Assembly: GCA_013265495.1 (NCBI GenBank) | Contig: MU058781.1 | Location: 3,078,158-3,142,157 of the forward strand | Length of the DNA: 64,000 nt | Direction of reading: 5' to 3' | Source of the DNA: Vicugna vicugna | Taxonomy: Eukaryota | Part shown: positions 12,061 through 21,840 of the stretch, piece after piece | Layout: every line of letters starts with the position of its first letter | Position numbering within the stretch: the first letter of the stretch is position 1 | Program-made: the position numbers and the translations under genes | Notes under the pieces: model-generated | The model's input: the letters and a program-made list of their open reading frames with translations, nothing else | Database searches by the model: none | What the model was told of the DNA's origin: nothing

Positions 12061-13689
12061 GAACAATTTGTCAGTTTCTTTCTACTAGTGATGCTACCTT
12101 TTTAAGTTGGAACTTGTTATTATTATTATTATAGTTTAGAACTTGGGTATGAGGTTAAAAACAGGAGTAAAACATGAGAATTTTGAATTTTTACTTAAAC
12201 TCAACGTGGTTGAACTTTCCCCGTAGAAAGAGACTTCCTTTGAGAAAGACGCTAGTATCCTCCCATGACTTGAATGTGAAAGGTAAAAGGGATCTTCTGT
12301 GCAGCAGATCTTAAATATTCAAGGCCAAGATGGAAAAAGTCTGATGTATCCTGAGCAAATGGTTTCCCAGAATACTGATGCAAAGAACAAAGGCCTATTT
12401 GGGAAGTTTATACCAACGTGCCTTTGCACAAAGTTTAAGAAAGCAGTGAGAAAAAGCTCTGTTTGGTTCTAATTTATAGTCAGGCTCCTGTAGCAGGCTG
12501 GCAGATCTGCTCAGAATCAATCACACATCCGGCTGGGGTCAGGGGCTAAATCACAGCACTTTTCCTCTTTGAGGGATTTTAGCAGAAACAGGCTAGTATG
12601 TTGCCCCTTTGGGTCCCGGGCTTTTATCAATTGCAGTGTTCTACCCAGAGTGACCTTTCTAGACCGGAACCAGCACCTCAGGATGAGTAAGAGACAAACT
12701 GTAGAGCCCATGGCTTCTGCCTCTGCCCTGGCCTAAACCTGGGGTTTCAAGAGGGCAGGTGGGTCCATTAACAGCAGGTTCGGACAACCCACATGAGAGA
12801 AATTGAGCACTACTATCACCTGGCTTTCCTTCCCAAGCTCCCCACGACATCTGCTGGTGTGAGTTGTCCTGAGATTTTCAACCATTTAGTGAGATGCAGG
12901 CTTTGCAGGAATGAAGCCCCTTCTCCTGTTTGCAGAAGGAAAATCTAGAGGAGATGGGCCAGATGGGAATATTATCTTGTCAGAGTTATTTTTGGGTAAT
13001 TTGAATGACCTAGCAATGATGTACAAAATCTACTGTTTTTAATGAGGACCTCATGGGGCAAAGGAGAGGAAAGAAATAAAACAAATGAGAGGGTTTCATA
13101 GGACATTGAAGCTATGTTGGGCTCTGAGTTTCTATGACATTTTATTTCACGTTGATACACTGTTCTGCTTTTGAGATGGAATAAGATACCAAAATTAATT
13201 TTGTCCTTGTTATTATTCTTACCTATTAAAATATTAATAAAGGGTGGAATTGGTTAATTTATCAGAGACTATAAACTAATCTGACAGAGAACAGCAGTCA
13301 GGCTTTGTCAGGTGCCCATTGTGTGGGTGATAGTCTAGTGCTCATTTATAAGAACACCAAACACATTTAAAACACTGTCTCTGCCTTCCAGGAGCTAATA
13401 ATTTTGGAGAAAGATAAGACATACAAGAAAAGAGTAGAGTAACAATGTGAGGCAGAATTTGATTAAATGCTGAATTGAGGGCAGAGGAAATAAATGCAAA
13501 AACACATCTTCAGGGACAAGCAGGATGACATGAGTTAGACTTTGGGGAAAAAAAAGATGGAAACTGGAAAATCAAGAGTATTTGGAGAAGGAAGAAGTCA
13601 GGAACTGAATAAGTGTATTACTTTTCTATCTGCCCTGATCCTTTGGATGATACAGTCATTTCTTTGTTCTTCTTTGTTAATACTTACAG

Positions 13690-15060
13690 TCCCCAATTCC
13701 CCTGTTCTCATTTCCTCTTAAATCACCTGGGTTCCCATTTTTTGCCTTCACACTTCCCTGATACTGCTTTTGCTGAGACCACTAACGCCTTCCATCCTAT
13801 TAAATCTAAATAAAATGTCAGTTCCTACATCTCGTCTTTCTAGACCTGTCAGCATCATCTGGGACCATAGGACCCCATGTTCCATTGGCAAACTTTCCCA
13901 TGTGCTTGGCCTCCAGGACTGTCCCTTCTCCTGGTTTCCCTCCAAAGTCATTGATGACTTATTCCCAGTCTCCTTTCACACCCTTATCCTGTCCCTGATC
14001 TTTTCACATTGAAGTGCCTCGAAGCTAGGTCCTTGGTCTTTTATCCATCTGCACCGGCTCCCTTGGTGATCTCATCTGGTCTCATGATTTTAAATCCCAT
14101 GTATACAGAGATAACTTCCAAATTTGTGTTCTGAGCCCAGACTCTTCTCCTAAATTCTGTACTCAAATATCTAACTATTTTTTGCCATTTCTACCTAAGT
14201 GCCCAACATATGTCCCAAACTGAACTCCTCATCTCCACCCATTAAGCTCTACCCTCAGCCTTTCCATCTCAGTTGATGGTTACTCCATCTTTCTGGCTGC
14301 TTAGGCTAAAACCTCGGAGTCATTCTTGACTCTTCTCTGTCTCTCATCACCTACATCTGGAAATCGTATTAGCTCATCCTTAAAAATATTTTTAGTATCT
14401 GACCACATCTTGCCCCCTCTACTGCTCCGACTTGGTGCATGCCACCATCGTATCCCACCTGGTTTATTACAAGAGCCTCCAAATCATCCCCGTTTCTACT
14501 TTTTACTACTTGAAATCTATTCTCAAAACAGAAGCAGGAGTGATCCTTTAAAATGAAAGGTCTTGTCACCCCTCTACTAAAACCCTCTACTGCTCCCCAG
14601 TTTCCGTTAGAGTAAAAGCTGAAATCCCTACAACGACCTGAAAGGCCTTTCATAAGCTGGGACCCTGTTACCTCTGCTCGCACTCTCGAGAATCGTCCTG
14701 CTCACTCACTCTGATTCAGCCACGATGACCTGCCTTGTTTTATTGAATGCATCAGGTAAGCTTGTGCCTCACAGCCTTTTTGCTGGCTGTTCCCTGTGCT
14801 TGGAAGTCTCTCTCCAGGTATCACAAGGCTCACGTCCTCACCTCCTTCACGTTTTTGCTCTAGTGTCATTCATCTCAGTGAGGGTCCTCTAACCACTCTA
14901 AAGTTGCAAACTACCTGCCCACACCCGTCGCTCTTACTTTTATATTGTCCATTGTCCTCCTGATAAAATGCAAGCTCCGTAAGACCAGTGATCCTTGTGT
15001 GTTTTGCTCAGTAGTCGAGACTATGTAGTAAGTGCTCAGTTAAGTATTTGCTGAATGAAG
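13690..15060 (+). mobile_element. Long LINE-2 (L2a-like) remnant, decayed RT region through 3' end
   Basis: gacctgtcagcatcatctgg...ttctcctggtttccctcc...ctcccttggtgatctcatc...tcccaaactgaactcctcatc...aaacctcggagtcattcttgactc...tagtaagtgctcagttaagtatttgctgaatgaa is collinear with L2. Confidence 0.9.
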
Positions 15061-15061
15061 G

Positions 15062-15430
15062 GACAGAGACTGACCGTGGCTAACTTGTGGAAAAGACATT
15101 ATTGGAAGTACACGGGATGGGTCAAAGAATCGAAAGGAAAGTGATGAGCTAGGTTTTGAGAAAGACTGAAACCCATCTTCTCAGGTCCCTACCATCAGGC
15201 TAAATCATGAGCTCCTTTTGGATCAAGGTTGAAATTCCAGAAAGAGAGCTTCTGATTGGCCTAGATTGGTCACCGGCTTGACCACTGGGCCAGGGGAGGG
15301 TGGGGTAGCTTAATGGACTGTTCTCTCAAAACTGGAACAAATGGAGAAAGATCAGTTCCTCCCTTTAAAATTAGCATGCTATTATTTTTCAAAAGGGAAA
15401 ATGAATAATGATCAGGAAAACACAATAGAA
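15062..15430 (-). mobile_element. Old MaLR LTR (MLT1K/L/N-like) fragment
   Basis: acagagactgaccgtggctaactt...attattggaag and gagagcttctgattggcctagattggtcacc...ctgggccagggg motifs. Confidence 0.55.
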
Positions 15431-16039
15431 GCCTGTTCAGTGGTCATTCAACCAAAACTGATGGAGTGCTAACTGTATGCCACGCATGGTACTTCACGGG
15501 AAATGGGGTGTAGGGAAGGGGCAGACAGTCGTGTAAGTAATTATGTGTAATAAAAACAGACTAAGCTTCAATGGGGACATAGAAAAGTGAGTGACTGCTT
15601 CTTTGTGCAGAGATGGAGGAGAGAAATAGCTGAAAGTTTTTAGAAGATGTGGAGATATTTTATTAGAGAGGATCTCAGCAATCTCATCCCTCATCTCTCT
15701 CACCTATGGGTGCTAAGGAGATGCTCAATTAGAGCCCCTCTCATGGCATTTTGAGATACTTGCTCATGTTCTCTCCCTGGAATGGAGGAATCTACTTAAG
15801 GAATTAGATAAGCGCAAATATCCAGAGACGAGTAAGACCCTGGGAACTCGTCCCTGATCTCACTTCCTCCACAGATGAAGTGACCTGGGCAAAGCTTTAC
15901 AGTGACTATGAATGTGGTGTCCTCAGAGAGAAGTGAAGAGACTAGACCTTTGGCAAAAGAAGGTGCCTGCCCAGTAACCTCAGCAAAGGGACAGATGAGG
16001 AGGTAGCAGAGTTGAGTGGTTGAATGCACTGGCAGGTGG

Positions 16040-16195
16040 GGGTGACTTGGGAGAGTTTCTTCACCTCTTTAAGACTCACCACTGCAAAAGGGGATAATAA
16101 TGCAGCAAAATCATAGTCTTTTCAGAAGATTAAATGAGACCATGAGTTGCTGTGTGTGGAATGACCAGCAGGGTGTCACACACAAGATAAGCAGT
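16040..16195 (+). mobile_element. MIR SINE
   Basis: gtgacttgggagagtttcttcacctct...ctgcaaaaggggataataat...gaagattaaatgaga. Confidence 0.7.
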
Positions 16196-16204
16196 GTTAC
16201 GTAT

Positions 16205-16505
16205 TTGTTCTTTCAGTGAATATTTGCTGAACACCTCTGCGTCCAACTTCTGTTCTGGGTGTAGCAATGACCAAGACAGAAAAAATTGCCCCTCTCCTGT
16301 GAGTTATACCATAGCAGGAAATGCAGACAGTAGATACATAAAATGTTCCATAATATGCTTCTGGTAATAAGAGTCTTGAAAACAAAGAAAGAAAAGCAAG
16401 AGAGATAGAAAGTAATTAGGTGGAAATGGGTAATATTTAATAAAGGGTGGTGAAGGAAGGCCTCTCTAATAATGTGACATTTGAACAGAGATCCAAAGGA
16501 GGTGT
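16205..16505 (-). mobile_element. LINE-2 3' fragment
   Basis: ttcagtgaatatttgctgaacacct...gaccaagacagaaaaaattgccc...gggtggtgaaggaaggcctctct...gtgacatttgaacagaga. Confidence 0.8.
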
Positions 16506-18164
16506 TAATATGCAAGTGTAAATATTTGCATGTGTATGAAAGTAGATGTCGGCATATATATAAATGTGTATATTTACATATGTAACTACTTACATGTTCA
16601 TATTTGCACATTAGGCTATGATTAGAAATAAAAGAATGAAGAATTCTGACATCACCCTGAAAAAATTAAAATCTACAGAATAATTTTTATTATTGGGAAA
16701 ACTCAGATACAGCACTGCACACATCACATTTATGCCCATACATTTCAAGTTAGATCTATGGTTCTGAAAAATGTCAGTGCTTTTATGTCTTAGAAATTAG
16801 TCTGTTGTGATCATATTCTTCCAATTTCTGTTCAGAATCCTGAAAATGTAACTTCGGCTAGCATTATTTTGGACTCTGAAGCGTGGAGTTAAAATGGAAT
16901 TCAAAAATTAGGGATATTAAATAGAGCTATACATTTATGAAGCTTGATATTACCACTAAATTTGTACCTTAAATAAAAGCTTTGTTCAGGGAGTAATCAT
17001 CAAAGGAATTCGGAAGCTTTTCTGTCTTTACACCCACATGCTTGCTATTTTTGGCAAGCTCCCTCCTAGTCAGAGGTATTACTTAGATTTTACATTTTTC
17101 TTGCTCCTAGTCAAGTTTGTGAGATTCGTCATTTTAATTTTATCTTCAAGGTTGTGTTTTCTCCCCTAAGATCCTTATTAAGGTCATTATCAACTCTTGC
17201 CCCATGTTAAAAGAAAAAAGAAAAGGACAATTATTAGATATCATTCACATTAGGTATTTCATTCTTTGCTGCACTATTTCTCAAGTGCTCTGATAAAGGA
17301 TTATTAAGCAATATTTCATGAGTGTTTTAGAGTCAAAGTTGGACATATGTCAAGTGTTTCCTTACGCGAGAGTTGGCAACCATTCCCACCAGTACTGATT
17401 CTAAAGTTTTATTGGGTTATGAAATCTTGTAACTGCAAAGCTTTGTAACTACAAAGCATATAATTTTTCCTTTAATCAGATTTGTTATCCTTTCTGTAAT
17501 TGGCATTTTTTTTAAAGAAAGCTATTTGGTAAAGGACAAGGATGAACTGAATGGGATGTTGCAGGATTTTGGTTCCTGTATCTTTTTCTCCATCCTTTTT
17601 GTATATTAAGTGAACATAAGGAAATTCAATATAATGTCATTTTTATGCTTTAAGATTTGAATGGAAATGCAAAAATCACAGAGAAAATGAACTTTTTATG
17701 AATCTTTGGTCTAGAAGACACCTAGTTCTCTCAACTCTGATTTTATCACCTAAGACACAGACCCAGAAGGTGGGTGGTATTTTAAAGTTGAGTTAGTAGT
17801 AGAAGCCACATCAGAATTCAGGATTTGTTACTACCAACTTAGTGGTGTTTCAACCATAATGTTCTGTTTCCCAAAGGTAAGGGAAAAATAAATGAATAAT
17901 GTAAATCAGCTTCTCTGAGATACACTGTGTTTCTGTTTTCTCTAATGAATCATCCAATTTCTCATATAGTCAGTATCATCTTCCCAGGGGTTCCTCCAGA
18001 ACTACCTTACAGCCACGAGTAATTCGAGTGAGACTATAAAGTGTGAATTCATGTGAGTTAGAAATAAACTTAATTCAAGGAAGAATTTACTGTGCACCAA
18101 CAAAATGCCAAGTACTATGCTAAGTCCTGGAGATATGAAGCAAAATAAGATAGAAAGGGCACAG

Positions 18165-18335
18165 TTAAGTCAGAGAGCCTTGAGTTTGAATTCTGGTTCA
18201 GCCACTTAGCAGCTGTATGGCCTTGGGAAAATAACCTCTCTGAGCTTCAGCCCACTTGGCCTACTTGTGAGGATAAAGAACATGACGCTTTGTAAGATGC
18301 CTAGTCTCCTTCACACAGAGTAGATCCTCAAGTGT
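18165..18335 (+). mobile_element. MIR SINE
   Basis: tgagtttgaattctggttcagccacttagcagctgtatggccttgggaaaataacctctctgagcttcag...ttgtgaggataaa. Confidence 0.8.
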
Positions 18336-18610
18336 GAGACATTCCCCTACCCTTTAACTCACAGATTAAGCAATCTAGAAAGAGAGACCAAACTGAACAG
18401 ATGACAATGATACAATCTGATAAACCTACAGTGAGTTACTGCTGAAGTTCTGAGGGCATCCTTTGCTTTATCTTAAAAGGAAGTGTCAGGAAACCAGAGA
18501 AAGTATTTGAATGGGGAAGACATTTTTCAGGAAGACAGGGTAAGGGGGAAAATTCCAAACCAGGAGAATTGGCCAAGTAGATCACAAGCCTGAATGTATT
18601 GGTCATGGAG

Positions 18611-18875
18611 CAGCACTGTTCAATAGAAATAAATGAAACTTTTCTAGAAGCCCCATTTAAAAAAGCAAAAGGAACACTGGAAATTAATTTTGATTCTGTG
18701 TATCTAAAATAGTAACATACCAACATGCCATCAATGTAAAAAAATTAGAGGTATTTTATGTTGTTCTCCCCATACTAAGCTTTTAAAATCAGTATTTCCA
18801 ATTTACAGCACCTCTCAGTTTATACTGGTGCTCAGTAGCCACATGTGACTCGAGGCTGCTGTAGTGGACACGTGG
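18611..18875. mobile_element. MER33/MER3-like hAT-Charlie DNA transposon
   Basis: Starts cagcactgttcaatagaaata and ends gtgctcagtagccacatgtgactcgaggctgctgtagtggaca. Confidence 0.8.
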
Positions 18876-19102
18876 AATAGGGGGTGTGTGGGTGTGAAGG
18901 AGCCTGGTGGTTAGAGAGAGAGCAGAGATAAGAGGAACACAGGGACTGGATGACAAAGTGTAACTGGGTTATGGAAATGGACTTGACAAGTGTAAGGAGA
19001 GTTATACAACCAGATCTGTAATTTACAAAGATCACTGTGCAGGAGGGAGCATTTGAAAGAAGGGCCATCACCTAGGAGGCTGTCACAAATGATCTAGATA
19101 GA

Positions 19103-19269
19103 CTATTGCTTCTCAGACTTTGAGGTGCACAGGGATGATCTGAGGATCTTGTTAAAAATGCAGATTCTGACTTTCTAGATCTGAGGCAGGAGCTGAGATC
19201 CTACATTTCTAACAAGCTCCTGCACGATGCTGATGCCCCTGGTCTGCAAACCCCACTTCAAGTAGCAAG
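19103..19269. mobile_element. MER5A-type hAT-Charlie MITE
   Basis: cttctcagactttgaggtgca...gatcttgttaaaaatgcagattctga...catttctaacaagctcc...gatgctgatgc...ggtctgcaaaccccacttcaagtagcaag. Confidence 0.85.
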
Positions 19270-19286
19270 AATCAAGAATGAAAACT

Positions 19287-19343
19287 GAAATAAGCCAGAA
19301 AGAGAAAGAAAAATACCATATGAGATCGCTCGTATGTGGAATC

Positions 19344-19390
<47 letters not shown>

Positions 19391-19694
19391 ATACAAAACA
19401 GAACAGATTCATAGACATAGAATACAAACTTGTTGCCAAGGGGGTGGGGGGTGGGAAGGGACAGACTGGGATTTCAAAATTTGTAGATACTGATAGGCAT
19501 ATGCAGAATAGTTAAACATGATTATACTGTATAGCACAGGAAAGTATATACAAGATCTTGTGGTAGTTCACAGCGAAAAAAATGTGACAGTGAATACGTG
19601 TGTGTTCATGTATGACTGAAAAATTGTGCTCTACACTGGAATTTGACACAACATTGTAAAATGACTATAACTCAATTAAAAAAATTTTAAAAAA
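19287..19694 (+). mobile_element. 5'-truncated camelid-type LINE-1 (ORF2 end plus 3' UTR) with internal (TAAA)n
   Basis: gaaataagccagaaagagaaagaaaaataccatatgagatcgctcgtatgtggaatct, G-rich tract, tatacaagatcttgtggtag...gactataactcaattaaaaaa. TSD aagaa(t/c)gaaaact at 19274-19286 and 19695-19707. Confidence 0.93.
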
Positions 19695-19708
19695 AAGAAC
19701 GAAAACTA

Positions 19709-19854
19709 GGTGGGGAAGGTATAGCTCAGGGGGAGAGCGTGTGCCTAGCATATGCGAGGTCCTGGGTTCAATTCCTAGTACCTCTGTTAAAATAAATTAA
19801 TAAATAAATCTAATTACCTCCTCCCCCAAAAAAGTTAAAAAAAATTTTAATTAA
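19709..19854 (+). mobile_element. Vic-1-type camelid tRNA-derived SINE
   Basis: ggggaaggtatagctcagggggagagcgtgtgcctagcatatgcgaggtcctgggttcaattcctagtacctc (Pol III A and B boxes), then ctaattacctcctccccc and an A-rich tail. Flanked by aa(g/a)aa(c/t)gaaaacta. Confidence 0.9.
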
Positions 19855-21534
19855 AAAAATGAAAACTAAACAATAATATAAAAGATTATTTTACTTAGAG
19901 AGGAGGGAGAATCCCTAGTTAATAATCAAAATGTAAACAAATGACACTAGTACTTTGCAGTCCAGAATTAACTACTGAGCACTGACCTCCTGTGGAAGTC
20001 ACCCTTTCCCCCTTAACTAGCTGTGTCAATTAAGGATGCGAATGGCAACCATTATCTTGAATTTCAATTTCCTTAACCTTTCCAGGAAACTCATTAATTC
20101 ATGTTAAAAGGATAAAGACAATTTGAGCCCAAACTGCCTGTGATTTAATGCTCCTGGGGAAGAACATTTTGATTCACAAATGAGTTGGAAACCACAGGAC
20201 TGTAACAAAATTGCCCATGTAAAGGTTGGATGTGTGATTAATGAGTCCTAGTGTTTGATGTAGGAAACAGGCAACCAAATAATGGTTGGGGGGGTTGGGG
20301 GGGTGACAATAAAAGTGGTGAATTTTTCCTATGTCAATATAAGTGAAATAATTTGAGAGGTCAGTTGATCTATATGGAGAGTAACATGGTTTTTGAAGTT
20401 TATTTTATATACTTTTTTATTCCTCCATTTTTTAAAGGGTGAAGTAAGTTAGCTCATTAGGTTGACTTTTTCTTTTTTTCTTTTTTTTTTCTTTTCTTTT
20501 CTTTATTCTTTTTTTGTAAAAGAGTGAGAATTTTCTTCAGGGAAAATTCTTGATGGAAAACTTGTCCTCCCTTAGCCAGAACTTATATTTTAAGAAAATA
20601 AATCTTGAAATTCATGAAGAAACATAAATTATTGTTTTCAAAATTCATTAAAGATTCCCAAATGATTCTTGGCCATTCTGTGTTATTAAGTAAATAAAGA
20701 ATTAATATTTTAAATTAGAAGATCCCAACATATACATCTGTTCCTTGAGAACTCAAAGATTTAAACTGTATAGCTTACTTAAACTTTGCCAAGGCCAAAA
20801 AGCTGACTTTTTCTCAAATAAGTTGAAAGACCTTGGGAAGGAAGGATGGAAAAAGAACAGCATTTGGGGGATGTATTAGCAGGAGGGGGGATTAATTGCT
20901 GTCATTTCTAAATATCTGCATTTTTCTCTTACAATATTTTGAGTACCCTCTGACTTAAGTAAGCATGTATGCTTTTTGGTTTATAGCAATTATATATAAA
21001 ACTCAATTTGTATCAAAACACTTTGGGCGAGACAACATTTTCTTTTTCCCAGGACAAGCTACTTGGAAGATTGCTGATGCTTAGGACTGTCTGTTTTGTT
21101 GTTTTCTCATGAGACCTAGTGCCCAGCACAGACTTTGAAGTGGCAGCAGTGTCCCCCTCAGCCCACTGACCGAGCACTAGCACAGTTCTTCAATACTTAA
21201 CGCTATACACACAGCAAGTTGGATCTTTAAGAAGCCCCTGCAAAATGAACTTAGAGTTTGGATGCCTTGATTTTCGGACGCATTCAGTCGATAACTAATT
21301 TTCTTCTGATCTTTGATTTCTGGGTCAGATTCCCAATATATGTGCTAAGTATTGGTGTCTAGAATGTCCACAGACACCTAAGGAGAGAAGTGAGTTGGGA
21401 GGAATAGTTCAGCATAAATGGAGGCAGCATCATGGAAAAGACTTTCGCTGGGCCTTGTGGCAGGTGAACAGCAGGACACGCCAAGGCTTGAGTCCATGAG
21501 CAGGTTGAAGCAGGAGCAGAAAGAGGCAACTAAC

Positions 21535-21740
21535 AGCTCTCTTTGCCCGTTGTGTTCCAGATGCTGGGCTGGGCACTTCTGAAAAATTCTCATATACTCT
21601 GCACACCAACATGGAAGAGCAGTTGTTACCACTTCCACTTTATGGAAGAGAAAACTGAGGCTTAGAAATACTAACTCACCCACTCAAGGGCACAAAGCTT
21701 TTCAGTAGAAGAGTCAGATTTCAGAGCCCGTATATCAAAC
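21535..21740 (-). mobile_element. MIR SINE
   Basis: ccactttatggaagagaaaactgaggcttagaaa...caagggcacaaagct...agagtcagatttcagagccc. Confidence 0.75.
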
Positions 21741-21767
21741 TCAGGAAAGCCTAGGGAAGCCTAGCAT

Positions 21768-21798
<31 letters not shown>

Positions 21799-21840
21799 GA
21801 GAGAGACAGAGAGAGACAGAGAGAGAGAGAGACAGAGAGA
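21768..21840. repeat. (TG)n(AG/AC)n compound microsatellite
   Basis: Seen directly. Confidence 0.95.

Larger units (their letters stand above)
18070..19100 (-). mobile_element. Fragmented LINE-2 interrupted by MIR and MER33
   Basis: aattcaaggaagaatttactgtgcacc...tgccaagtactatgctaagtcctggagat; later gtcaggaaa...aggaagacagg and aaagatcactgtgcag...ctaggaggctgtcaca. Confidence 0.55.

Noticed and set aside
19709..19785. tRNA-Ala-like sequence as a real tRNA gene (also 44761-44830)
   Set aside because: Degenerate stems, a SINE-specific linker, an A-rich tail and TSDs show these are SINE copies.
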